Part shown: in pieces, positions 1 through 12,479 of the stretch
Layout of the letters: every line of letters starts with the position of its first letter
Numbering within the stretch: position 1 is the first letter of the stretch
NCBI RefSeq assembly: GCF_018350175.1
Contig: NC_058368.1
Coordinates: forward strand, 90,956,001 to 91,020,000
DNA length: 64,000 bases
Reading direction: 5' to 3'
From: Felis catus
Lineage: Eukaryota
Position numbers and translations under genes: made by a program
The notes under the pieces: model-generated
The model's database searches: none
The model's input: the letters and a program-made list of their open reading frames with translations, nothing else
Told to the model about the DNA's origin: nothing

Positions 1-132
1 ACCACTGAAGCAATATTTATCACATTACATAATTATAGTCCATATTATTTTGCTTACTGTTTGCATGGAATTTATTTTTTCATACTTTCACTTTCAACCT
101 ATTTGTGTTTTGAGATCTAAATTGGGACTCTT

Positions 133-351
133 GGGGCTCCTGAGTGTCTCAGTCGGTTGAGCGCCCGACTTCGGCTCAGGTCATGATCTCACAGTTTGTG
201 AGTTCGAGCCCTGTGTCGGGGTCTGTGCTGTCAGCTCAGAGCCTGGAGCCTGCTTCAGATTCTGTGTCTCCTTCTCTCTCTGCCCCATCCCCACTTGTGC
301 TCTGTCTCTCTCTGTCTCTCAAAAATAAATAAATGTAAAAAATAAAAATTT
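133..351 (+). mobile_element. CAN-SINE (SINEC_Fc-like)
   Basis: tRNA-derived head, (CT)n, AATAAA tail; TSD taaattggga(c/a)tctt at 118-132 and 352-366. Confidence 0.92.
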
Positions 352-1931
352 TAAATTGGGAATCTTACAGACAGCATATAGTTGTTGGATCATGGTTTAA
401 AAAAATCCATTTTGCCAATCTATGCCTTTTAACTGAAGAATTTAATACATTTACATTTAATGTAATTACTGATAAGCAAGGATTTACGTCTGCCACTTGC
501 TATTTATTTTCCACATGTCATATCTTTTTTGCTCCTCAATTTCTCCAGTGTTGCCTCCTTTTGTGTATTAATACTTCTAGTGTATTTTTATATTTTTTCT
601 GAATATTTTTAAGTCATTCTTATTGATTACCCACAGGATTATAATTATTTCCTTAATTGTATAACAATCTAGTTTGAATTAATGTCAACTTACTTTCAGT
701 AGTATATAAAAACTATGCTCCTATACAGCTCAGTCTCCCTCACCTTTATTATTCTGTCACAAATTATATCTTTGTAAACATTGCATGCCCATTAACATAG
801 ATTAATAATTATTGTATGAATTTGTCTATTAAATCATACAGAAAAAAGGAGGAGTTACAATCCAAGGACATTTAGTTACCTTTACTCATGTTCTTCATAT
901 GAATTTGAGTTACTGTCTGGTGTCCTTTTATTTTAACCTAAAAGACTTCCTTTAGCATTTATTGCATGGTAGGTTGACTAGCAACAAAACCTCTCAATTT
1001 TCTTTTTCCAGGAATGGCTTAATTTTTCCTTCATCTTTGAAGAATCATTTTGCTGGTTATAGAATTCTTGCTTGACAGTATTTTTCTTCCAGAACTTTAT
1101 ATATGTCATTCCACTGTGTAGAAACCTCCATAGTTTCAGATGAGAAGTCAGCTGTTAATCTTGTCAAAGTTCCCTTATGAGTTGCTTCTCTCTTGATGCT
1201 TTCAAAATTCTGTCTTTTTTGCTTCTCTCTGGGTGCTTTCAAGATTCTTTGTCTTTCTCAAAGTTTTTTTGACAGTTTGATTTTAAAGTGTCTTGGTATG
1301 TATCTCTTTGAGTTTATCCAGCTTAGAGCTTCTTGATATATAGATTCACATTTTATCAAATTTGGGAAATTTTTGGTCATTATTTCTTTAAGTGTTCTTT
1401 CTGTCCTTTCTCTCTCTACCCTTTTTATGAGACTTCCCATTATGTGTATGTTGGTGCCTGTGATGGTTTCTCACAGGTATCCTAGACTCTGTTCATTTTC
1501 TTCATTCTTTTTTTCCTTCTGCTCTGCATACTGGATAATTCACCTATCTTTATGTTTTCTGAGTAGCTCACATCTGCTGATGAACCAATCCAATGAATTG
1601 TTCATTTCAGTTGTTATACTTTTCAGCTTCAAACTTTTCTTTTGGTATTTTATAATAATTTCTATCTTTTTATTAACATTCTGTATTTGGTGAGACATTT
1701 TTCTTCTATTTTGCTTTAGATCTTTGTTCATGGTTTCTTTTAGCTATTTGAGCATATTTAAGACAGTCAACTTAAAGTCTTTGTTTATAAGTTTACTAAA
1801 TCCAATGTCTGAACTTCTTCAGAGAAAGTTTTATTTATTTTTTGAATTTCTTCCCTCCCCCCACCATGAATAGACCATACTGTCTTGTTTCTTTGCATGC
1901 TTAATAAGTTTTTGCTAGAAACTGGACATTT

Positions 1932-4900
1932 AAAAAATTTTTTTATGGTTTATTTATTTATTTATTTATTTTTAATATGAAATTTATTGTCAAACTGTTT
2001 CCATACAACACCCAGTGCTCATCCCAAAAGGTGCCCTCCTCAATACCCATCACCCACCCCCCATCAGTTTTTTCTCAGTGTTTAAGAGTCTCTTATGGTT
2101 TGGCTCCCTCCCTCTCTAACTTTTTTTTTTCTCCTTCCCCTCCCCCATGGTCTTCTGTTAAGTTTCTCAGGATCTGCATAAGAGTGAAAACATATGGTAT
2201 CTGTCTTTCTCTGTATGGCTTATTTCACTTAGCATCACACTTTCCAGTTCCATCCACGTTGCTACAAAGGGCCATATTTCTTTCTCATTGCCACGTAGTT
2301 ATTCCATTGTGTATATAAACCACAATTTCTTTATCCATTCATCACTTGATGGACATTTAGGCTCTTTCCATAATTTGGCTCTTGTTGAAAGTGCTGCTAT
2401 AAACATTGGGGTACAAGTGCCCCTATGCATCAGCACTCCTGTATCCCTTGGGTAAATTCCTAGCAGTGCTATTGCTGGGTCATAGGGTAGATCTATTTTT
2501 AATTTTTTGAAGAACCTCCACACTGTTTTCCAGAGTGGCTGCACCAGTTTGCATTCCCACCAACAGTTCAAGAGGGTTCCCATTTCTCCACATCTTCTCC
2601 AGCATCTATAGTCTCCTGATTTGTTCATTTTAGCCACTCTGACTGGTGTGAGGTGGTATCTGAGTGTGGTTTTGATTTGTATTTCCCTGATGAGGAGCGA
2701 TGTTGAGCATCTTTTCATGTGCCTGTTGGCCATCTGGATGTCTTCTTTAGACAAGTGTCTATTCATGTTTTCTGCCCATTTCTTCACTGGATTATTTGTT
2801 TTTCGGGTGTGGAGTTTGGTGAGTTCTTTATAGATTTTGGATACTAGCTCTTTGTCTGATATGTCATTTGCAAATGTCTTTTCCCATGCCATTGGTTGCC
2901 TTTTAGTTTTGTTGATTGTTTCCTTTGCAGTGCAGAAGCTTTTTATCTTCATGAGGTCCCAATAGTTCATTTTTGCTTTTAATTCCCTTGCCTTTGGGGA
3001 TGTGTCAAGTAAGAAATTGCTGCAGTTGAGGTCAGAGAGGTTTTTTTCTTGCTTTCTCCTCTAGGATTTTGACGGTTTCCTGCCTTACATTCAGGTCCTT
3101 TATCCATTTTGAGCTTATTTTTGTGAATGGTGTAAGAAAGTGGTCTAGTTTCATCCTTCTGCATGTTGCTGTCCAGTTCTCCCAGCACCATTTGTTAAAG
3201 AGACTGTCTTTTTCCCATTGGATATTCTTTCCTGCTTTGTCAAAGATTAGTTGGCCATACTTTTGTGGGTCCAATTCTGGAGTCTCTATTCTATTCCATT
3301 GGTCTATGTGTCTGTTTTTGTGCCAATACCATGCTGTCTTGATGATTACAGCTTTGTAGTAGAGGCTAAAGTCTGGGATTGTGATGCCTCCCACTTTGGT
3401 CTTCTTCTTCAATATTATTTTGGCTATTCAGGGTCTTTTGTGGTTCCATACAAATTTTAGGATTGCTTGTTCTAGCTTCGAGAAGAATGCTGGTGCAATT
3501 TTGATTGGGATTGCATTGAATGTGTAGATAGCTTTGGGTAGTATTGACATTTTAACAACATTTATTCTTCCAATCCATGAGCACAGAATGTTTTTCCATT
3601 TCTTTATATCTTCTTCAATTTCTTTCATAAGCTTTCTATAGTTTTCAGCATACAGATCTTTTACATCTTTGGTTAGGTTTATTCCTAGGTATTTTATGCT
3701 TCTTGGTGCAATTGTGAATGGGATCAGTTTATTTGTCTTTCTGTTGCTTCATTATTAGTGTTTAAGAATGAAACTGATTTCTGTACATTGATTTTGTATC
3801 CTGCAACTTTGCTGAATTCATGTATCAGTTCTAGTAGACTTTTGGTGGAGTCTATCAGGTTTTCCATGTATAATATCATGTCATCTGCAAAAAGTGAAAG
3901 CTTGACTTCATCTTTGCCAATTTTGATGCCTTTGATTTCCTTTTGTTGTCTGATTGCTTATGCTATAACTTCCAACACTATGTTAAACAACAGCAATGAG
4001 AGTGGACATCCCTGTCATGTTCCTGATCTCAGGGGGAAAGCTCTCAATTTTCCCCATTGAGGATTATATTAACTATGGGTTTTTCATAAATGGCTTTTAT
4101 GATGTTTAAGTATGTTCCTTCTATCCCAACTTTCTTGAGGGTTTTTATTAAGAAAGAAATGCTGAATTTTGTCAAATGCTTTTTCTCCATCGATTGACGG
4201 GATCATATGGTTCTTTTCTTTTCTTTTATTAATGTGATGTATCACATTGATTGATTTGCGAATGTTGAACCAGCCCTGCAGCCCAGGAATGAATCCCACT
4301 TGATCATGGTGAATAATTCTTTTTATATGCTGTTGAATTCGATTTGCTAGTATCTTGTTGAGAATTTTTGCATCCATATTCATCAGGGATATTGGCCTGT
4401 AGTTCTCTTTTTCTGCTGGGTCTCTGGTTTAGGAATCAAAGTAATGCTGGCTTCATAGAATGAGTCTGAAAGTTTTCCTTCCCTTTTTATTTTTTGGAAC
4501 AGCTTGAGAAGGATAGGTATTATCTCTGCTTTAAGTGTCTGGTAGAATTCCCCAGGGAAGCCATCTGGTCCTGGATTCTTATTTGTTGGGAGATTTTTTC
4601 ATAACTGATTCAATTTCTTCGCTGGTTATGGGTCTGTTCAAGTTTTCTATTTCTTCCTTTTTGAGTTTTGGAAGTGTGTGGGTGCTTAGGGATTTGTCCA
4701 TTTTTTCCAGGTTGTCCAGTTTGTTGGCGTATAATTTTTCATAGTATTCCCTGATAATTGCTTGTATTTCTGAGGGATTGGTTGCAATAATTCCATTTTC
4801 ATTCATGATTTTATCTATTTGGGTCATCTCCCTTTTCTTTTTGAGAAGCCTGGCTAGAGGTTTATCAATTTTGTGTATCTTTTCAAAAAACCAACTCTTG

Positions 4901-5276
4901 GTTTCGTTGATCTGCTCCAGTTTTTTTAGATTCTATATGGTTTATTTCTGCTCTGGTCTTTATTATTTCTCTTCTTCTGCTGGGTTTGGGGTGTCTTTGA
5001 TGTTCTGCTTCTATTTCCTTTAGGTGTGCTGTTAGATTTTGTATTTGGGATTTTTCTTGTTTCTTGAGATAGGCCTGGGTTGCAATGTATTTTCCTCTCA
5101 GGACTGCCTGTGCTGTATCCCAAAGCATTTGGGTTGTTTTCTTTTCATTTCCATTTGTTTCCATATATTTTTAAATTTCTTCTCTAATTGCCTGGTTGAC
5201 CCATTCATTCTTCAGTAGGGTGTTCCTTAACTTCCACGCTTTTTGAGGGTTTCCAGACTTTTTCCTGTGGTTGATT
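1932..5276 (-). mobile_element. 5'-truncated felid/carnivore L1 (ORF2 from late endonuclease/RT to 3'UTR and A-rich tail), frameshifted
   Basis: Minus-strand ORFs are classic L1 ORF2 pieces ([43 protein letters not shown]...[19 protein letters not shown]). Perfect 16-bp TSD TAGAAACTGGACATTT at 1916-1931 and 5277-5292. (TTTA)n tail near 1950-1975. Confidence 0.95.
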
Positions 5277-5861
5277 TAGAAACTGGACATTTTGAATATT
5301 ATAATGTGGCAACTCTGAAAATTTCCTCTTTAGGGTTTGTCACTGCTGCTTGTTGTGGGTTGTTGTTTCTTTGGTGACTTATTAAAACTCCTTTGTAAAA
5401 TCTGTATACTTTGTTGTGTAGAGCAGTTAAAGATTCTGTTCTGTTATCTTAGTGGTCAGCTAGTGATTTGATAGAGGTTTCCTTACATTCTTGGGGCTAA
5501 GGGAAAAACTATTCTCCCAGTCTTTGTAGATTGACTTTGTATTAGGGTACTCTTCCAATGTTTAACCAGACCATTTACAACTCTGTGTTATCATTTATTC
5601 CCTATTTGCATAGAGCATAAATGTGAACCAAAGGTGAAAGCTTTGGGTCTTCCCAGGTCTTTTCTGAGCCTGTGCCACACACTGGGTATGTGTGTGGCCT
5701 TCCAGATCCCCTGGTGTATATAGGAGTTTTCCAAAGTCCTGATTTTTCAAGTTATCTCCTGCCCCAGTCTCTTCCTTCCCAGGCTTTTTGATTTGTGTGT
5801 TGCTTGCATTGTCCCAACCTTCATCCCTTGCCCCAGGTTGCTGTGGCTAATACATTTGCCT

Positions 5862-5863
<2 letters not shown>

Positions 5864-5896
<33 letters not shown>

Positions 5897-6116
5897 TTAT
5901 GTATTTATTTTTTAATGTTTATTTATTTTTTTTTTAGAGAGAGAGAGAGAGAGCAAGCTGGAGAGGGGCAGAGAGAGAGGAAGACAGAATCCAAATCAGG
6001 CTCCAGGCTCTAAGCTGTTGGCACAGAGCCCGACACAAGACTTGAACCCACAAACTGTGAGATCATAACCCAAGCTGAAGTCTGACGCTTAACTAACTGA
6101 GCCACCCAGGCACCCC
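5864..6116 (-). mobile_element. CAN-SINE
   Basis: (TTTA)n tail, (GA)n, ends gccacccaggcacccc; flanked by aatacatttgccttt repeats. Confidence 0.9.
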
Positions 6117-6689
6117 ATCCTTTTTTTAAAAAAATACATTTGCCTTTAAACCCTGTCAATAGCTTACCCACTTTACGGCCCAGGCAAGTGAAACAAAGTC
6201 AAACCCCAGAGCTGATCCTTCAGGGATCTACCAGACAGGTCGAAACACAAACCACATTTCTTTGAGAATAAGGTTCATATTGCTCCCACTGGTATTGGTA
6301 ACCTGCACCAGGAGTGTGGGCTACCTTTTTCATGCCTGCCCCTGAGCTGGGAATGGTGGAGGCTAAGCAGATAAGCTCAGCCACAGCACTTCTTTCTTCA
6401 TTGGGCATTTCCCTAATTATTGTAAGTTTTTTGAGATTAGATTATGGAGTTCCAAGAAAGCTGATTCTGATACATTTTACCAGCTTGTTTGTTACTATTG
6501 TGAAGGGACAGAGTTTTGGAGTTTTCTACTGGCTATTTTGGTAATATCCTGTTTATTACCATTACATCTTAACTTAATTGGACTCTACTTCAGATTTATA
6601 CTGACTTAATTCTAGTAGGCTATAGAAATGTTACTCCTATGTAACTTTATTTCTCCTCTTCCTCTTTGAGCTATCGTTGCTCTACATCT

Positions 6690-7180
6690 TATATTAGTTC
6701 TCTATGGATGCTGTAACAAATTACTACACATTTAGTGGCTTAAATAATACAATTTTATTATCTTACAGTTAGGTAAGGCAGAGGCCTAACATGGGTTTTA
6801 TTGGACTAACACCAAGGTGTTGGTATGGCTTTATTCCTTCTAGAGACTCTAGGGGAGGATCTGTTTGCTGGCCTTTTCCAGCTTCTGGAGGCCTCCTTAA
6901 TCCCTTGGCTCATGGTCCCTTTCCCCCAACTACAAAGCCAGTAACACCAGGGCAAGTACTTCTTATGCTACTCTATGGTTCTCTCTCTTCTGCTTCTGTC
7001 TTCCACATTTAAGGATCCTGCGATTACATTGGGCCCACCTGGCTAATCTAGAATAATTTTGCTATCATAAAATAATCTGATGGCTCGCAACCTTAATTTC
7101 TCTTTACCATGTAAATCTTACATATTCATAGGATCTGGGTTAGGACATGGACATCTTTCCAGGGCCATAATTCTGTGTAT
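6690..7180. mobile_element. MaLR (MLT1-type) solo LTR
   Basis: Begins tattagtt...gctgtaacaaattactac...agtggcttaaa and contains gattacattgggcccacc and ggttaggacatggacatcttt, typical MLT1 motifs. Confidence 0.75.
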
Positions 7181-7774
7181 CATACATATTTATACTTTAC
7201 AAACCTAACAACATGTTGTTGTAATTGTTTTATATAATTTTATGCTTGAAGAAGCTGAGAAAAGAAAGGAGATCAAGTGTACATTTATAGTTATATTAAC
7301 CATCTTATTTACCACTTCTAGTTCTCTTCATTTTGTTCCTGTAGATTCAGGTTACCATCTGGTATCATTTCCTTATGCCAGCATAGCTCTGTTCTCACCC
7401 ACCTCCTTTGTGCTGTTATTGGCAAATATATTATTTCTATATGATACAGTCCCAACAATACAATTATATGCGTATCATTTTATAGCATTGCTTTTTAAGT
7501 CAGTTAAGGAAAGACAGGAGAAGGGACATGCATTTATGATTTTTTTATAATTATGTAATTTTACCGGTGCAGTTTGTTTTTTGTATGAATTTGTATTAAT
7601 ATCTGGGGTTGCTCACTCAGCCTAAAGAACCTTTAGGATGTCTTGTAAGATGCTTGCAGCAAATTATCTCAGTTTTTGTTTATCTGGAACTGCCTATATT
7701 TCACCTTCATTTTTTGAAAGATAGTTGTGTTGGATATAAGATTCTTGATTGACACATGCTTTTCTTTCACCACT

Positions 7775-7960
7775 TTTTTTTTACTTTAGAGAGAGAGTGC
7801 ACACAAGAGGGGGAGGGGGTGGAGGGAGAGAGAGTATCTTAAGCAGATTCCATGCTCAGTGTGAAGTCCAAAACAGGGCCTGATCCCACCACCCTGGGAT
7901 CATGACCTGCGCTGAAATCAAGAGTCAGATGCTCAACATACTGAGCCACCAGGTGCCCCA
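7775..7960 (-). mobile_element. CAN-SINE (older subtype)
   Basis: Ends ctgagccaccaggtgcccc; flanked by cttt(c/t)accacttt. Confidence 0.85.
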
Positions 7961-8591
7961 CTTTTACCACTTTGAGTATGCCATTCCACTGCTTTCTGAT
8001 TTCCACTGCTTCTGATGAGAGGTCAACTGTGAATCCCATGGGGGATCCCTTATATAGGGCAAGTCATTTCTGTTGCTGCTTTCAAAATATTCTCTTTGCC
8101 TTTGACTATGATGTCTCTGGATGTTGATCTCTTGTATTTATCCTACTTGGAGTTTGTCGGGTTTCTTGGATGCAAAGACTAATGTTTTTCATCAAGTTCA
8201 GAAGTTTTCACCCACCCTTCAATTTTCTTCTATTACGTTCTGTCTTCTCCTTCTGGTACTTCCATTATGTACATATTCATGCCCTTAATGGTGTTCTTCC
8301 TTTCTCTCAGGCTCTGTTCATTTTTCCTCATTCTCTTCCTCTCTGTCCCTTGAATCACATAACATCTGATCTCTTTTCAAGATTCTTCCTTCTGCAAGTT
8401 TAAATCTACTGTTGTGCCTTCTTGGTTATTGTATTTTTCAATTCCAGAATTTCTGTTTGGTTCTTCTTAAATATAATTTTAGTGTCTTTACTGACATTCT
8501 TTATTTGATGAAATAGTGCCCCCATCACTCCTTTACTTCTTCAGACATGGCTTCCTTTAACTCTTTGAATGTATTTAAATGGCTCCTTGGA

Positions 8592-8825
8592 GGGGCGCCT
8601 GGGTGGCTCAGTTGGTTGAGCATTTGACTCTTGGTTTCAGTTCAGATCATGATCCCAGGGTCGTGGGATTGAGCCCCATGTTGGGCTCCATGCTGAGCGT
8701 GGAGCCTGCTTAAGATTCTCTCTCTCTCTTTCTCTCTCTCATTTTGTCCCCCTCCCTCTACCCCTCTCCCCCACTCACACGTGTACACTGTCTCTCTAAA
8801 AAATAAATAAATGAAAAATAAATAA
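8592..8825 (+). mobile_element. CAN-SINE
   Basis: ggggcgcctgggtggctcag head; TSD aaatggctcctt. Confidence 0.9.
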
Positions 8826-8849
8826 AATGGCTCCTTTGAAATCTTTGTT

Positions 8850-9069
8850 GGGGTGCCTGGGTGGCTCAGTCAGTTGAGCGTCCAACTTCAGTTCAGTTCA
8901 TGATCTCACAGTTCATGGGTTCAAGCCACATGTTGAGCTCTGTGCTGACAGCTTGGAGCCTGGAGCCTGCTTCAGATTCTATGTCTCCTTTTCACTCTGC
9001 CCCTCCTGCATTTGTGCCCTGTCTCTCTCTTTCTCTCTCAAAAATAAATAAACATTTTTAAGAAAACTA

Positions 9070-9108
<39 letters not shown>
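8850..9108 (+). mobile_element. CAN-SINE with (GAAA)n-expanded tail
   Basis: Standard head; tail (GAAA)~10 at ~9070-9110; TSD gaaatc(t/c)ttgtt. Confidence 0.9.
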
Positions 9109-9110
<2 letters not shown>

Positions 9111-9774
9111 AATCCTTGTTAAATCTGACATCTGGGACTGCTCACAGGCAGTTTATGTTGCCTGCTTCCCCCTGCCCCTCCCTGACCCTACACTTTCTTC
9201 TTTCTTTGCTTGTCTCACTATGTTGTTGGAAACTATACATTTTAGGTAAGGTAGTGTAGCAACTCTGGATACTGATTCCTCTTCCACACTTTGGGGCTTG
9301 ATTTTGTTGTTGTTTGCTTATTTGTTTGTTTCTTAGCCTAACTTGACTATTGTAGTGAAGTTGACATCCCCAGCCATGTGAGACATTGCTCCTCAAAAGG
9401 CACACACAGCCCTGGGTATGTGCACATTCACCCTGGGACAACAGTGGCTTTAGTGGGGGCTTTCTGTGTCTCTCCCTGATCTCTCTGTTAAGCCATCTGC
9501 CTCATTTGGTATCACACCCAGCTTTTAGGATCCATTAATTGATGGATGATGGTTCTGTTATTTCCAGCAATGCCCTGGAACATAAGTTGCTACATAGTCT
9601 GATCCAGCTGAACTTGGGTAGGGTTAGTTTTTAAGGCCAATCTTTGAGATTTGTTCTGTCCATTAAAGGGGTCCTCGTAACTGTATTTTCCTGGTTCTTT
9701 CTGGTAAACTAGCTGAACTAGGCTTAGCCTGTTGCTCTCATAGAACTACCAGCCACCTTTTAAATTCATCCACC

Positions 9775-9996
9775 GGGGCGCCTGGGTGGCGCAGTCGGTT
9801 AAGCGTCCGACTTCAGCCAGGTCACGATCTCGCGGTCTGTGAGTTCGAGCCCCGCGTCAGGCTCTGGGCTGATGGCTCAGAGCCTGGAGCCTGCTTCCGA
9901 TTCTGTGTCTCCCTTTCTCTCTGCCCCTCCCCCGTTCATGCTCTGTCTCTCTCTGTCCCAAAAAATAAATAAACGTTGAAAAAAAAATAAAAAAAA
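9775..9996 (+). mobile_element. Young felid SINE (SINEC_Fc1-like)
   Basis: CpG-rich ggcgcagtcggttaagcgtccgacttcagccaggtcacgatctcgcgg; perfect TSD aaattcatccacc (9762-9774, 9998-10010). Confidence 0.93.
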
Positions 9997-10829
9997 TAAA
10001 TTCATCCACCAAAATTTCTATTGTTTTTGGCAGCATGCTTAGGCTTGACCTTGTCCATACCCTGATTCAAATAGTCAGTTTTTTGGGGAGAGTTTAAGAG
10101 CTCTCTGCTCTGGACTGCCATTCTCTGTAGGCAAAATTCTGAGCCACTGCTCCAGGTTCTTGTCAGGGGAGGGAGCTTCTGGTCTTTTCAGCTTGCCTTT
10201 CTCATCATGGAACCTCTTTCCTATAAACAAGCTGGGGCAAGGATGATGGGACCCCAGTATTCTCACTTTGTTGTACCTGGGATTGAGCCTGTGCCCAATG
10301 GATGGGAGCTAGGTGGGGGAAAGGAGTTAATGACTTCTCACCAGGAATTTCACCTCTGCAATTTGACGTTGGAAGGGATGAGAAAGGCTGGTGGCTAGCC
10401 TATGCCCCCTGAGATACTATATCCCTTGATTGGGAGCCAAGAGCAAGAGGAAGCCCCATCTTCTTGGCCATACCCACCCAGGGTAGAGCTTATCTTAGAT
10501 TGAACTGGTGGGGTTGGGGGAAAGGAGGGAGTAGTTTATGGTTCAAGTGCCATGGACTCATGCTGTTCTTACTGAATTGGATTTTCCCCCCAAGATTAAG
10601 TAGATTTTCTTGAATACATGATGCTTCTTCATTTACTTATGCTCTTAGGACAATTTCCAGAGACTAAATTTTTGTTGGTTTTACTTTTAATTATTTTTAT
10701 TAGTTATGGCTGTTGTGCTGGGGAATGGGTCCATGGGGTTCCTTATGCCACCATTCCAGAAGTGGAACTCTTAAGACAGGCTATTCTTAACCTATTTAGG
10801 ACCTTAGCAGTGAGAAAGATAGAGGACTC

Positions 10830-11310
10830 CATATCTGTCAGCTTCCTTCAAAATGTAAGTGATGGAGACACAAATCTAATTAAGCCAAAAAAGGAAATGT
10901 ACTGGCACATGCAATTGAGCCAGAGGCCCAGCTAGCCTCAAAGAAGCTGCCAAGGCTCTGTCTCTCCCTCCTTTTTTCAACTTGGCCTCTTCTGCAGACA
11001 CTTGCCCCTTAGATTGGCTCTCTGTATAAGCAGCCCCAGGCTTGTACTGTGAGTTCACTGATCCAGGAAGGGAAGATTTCTTTCTTCCAATGTCCAGATC
11101 TCATGGAGGGCCCATGATGAGCCTCATGGCAGTCATGTATCTCTTCCTGTACCAGTCACTGTGGTGAGGGGAGCGCAGTACCAGGCGTGGGTTATGTGCC
11201 AGCAGAGGCAGGTGGGGAATGATTTACATGCACCAGAGCCACATGGTGTGAGGCAGGGCTCTTCCCAGCAGAAAGAAGGGTGCTGGTTTGGAAGGTTAAC
11301 AAAAGGCCTC
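10830..11310. mobile_element. Degenerate MaLR LTR (MLT1K/L-like)
   Basis: taagccaaaaaaggaaatgtactggcac...ccagtcactgtgg motifs resemble old MLT1 LTRs. Confidence 0.45.
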
Positions 11311-12479
11311 CACTTGCCCCTTTTAAAACGTGCTTATGGACAGACACAGACAATGTTGTGTACAATTAATTTTCACGTGTTGTAAATCTCTTTTATATAT
11401 GCAGAACTTAAAAACAAACTTTATGAGAGTTGTAGCTCTTTTAATTGCACTCTTCATGCAAAAATACATGGCCATTTCCTGAAACCCTGAAATGAATTCA
11501 AGTTACACAAGTAAAACAAAGAGCAAACTTGAATCCTACCCAGGGGTAAACTTGTCCAAGAGGACTGCGGTTGCTTGACTTTAATAAATTGAAATTACAG
11601 AATGGCCTTTGACACGGCAATTTTCACATCATTTTGGACATTGAATTGATTTTGACTCTGTTTTGATGGCAGTGAGGCTGAAAACTCTGACTCACGAAAG
11701 TGCAGGATAACAAACCAATCTTGCCTAGTTTTGCTGGGCGAGGGGGCCCTGCCTGGCTTGGTTTTCCACCAGCATGAGGTCATCTCTGGCAGCATGTGTC
11801 TCGTGGAGGTTGTCTGGGGCAGCAAGCACCGGCCAGGGTCACACGAACCCGGGGACTAAGGATGTGCCCACAGTGCCCTGCGGGGGCTCCAGGTGTTTGC
11901 ACACTGTCATGGTGAACACGGTGACCCGACCCTGTCGCTCATCCCAGCCTGCATCAGCCTGGCCTCCAGCTCTGAAAGGTTCTCTCTTCTCTTCCTCTTA
12001 CATTCCAGTGTCTTCTTGGCCAGAGGACACCACAGTTCTTCAGCAGCTTCCACAAAGGGCTTGGGTTTACCTCATCCATGTAGCTACGCCCATCTGTCAG
12101 AAAAACCAAGGCTCAAGCTAGCTCCTCTTGTGAAATTCTCCTGAGAGCTGGGTTTCCTTTTCTTCCACTGAACCTAAGACACCATCCCCCATCCCAAATT
12201 GGGCTGTGCTCATCAAGGTTGCTCTCAACGGGGCCCACCGAGCTCTAACAGGAGAGTGAAACTCCACGTTCTACTTCCCTTCTGGGACAAAACCCTCAGA
12301 AGAGACAGAATTCCAGCTCTGAATCTGAGAACATTCATGGCTCTACCACAGTGATCAGCAGGATTATGCCTCTCATGGCAGTGTCTGCCCCGGTGGAATA
12401 CACCCCCAGTGTCCCCATCCTCATGCACACCTGACCCCTCTCCTCCCCTGCCAGCCTGGTCCCCTTTACAGAAAAATTC

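Larger units (their letters stand above)
1..6560 (-). mobile_element. Old L1M-type remnant (ORF1 region and 5' part), interrupted by the young L1 and SINEs
   Basis: ORF1-like peptides RLTADFSSETMEVSTQWNDIYKVL (1057..1242-) and LKEIMTKNFPNL (1258..1440-); T-rich + strand. Boundaries approximate. Confidence 0.7.
6560..10780 (-). mobile_element. Second old L1M-type remnant (ORF1 and 5' region) with inserted MaLR LTR and SINEs
   Basis: ORF1-like TVDLSSEAVEIRKQWNGILKV (7839..8039-); same T-rich composition. Boundaries approximate. Confidence 0.6.

Noticed and set aside
2299..5164. Reverse transcriptase-like ORFs as a novel RT system
   Set aside because: They are ordinary fragments of L1 ORF2 in a truncated, frameshifted copy with TSD and poly(A).
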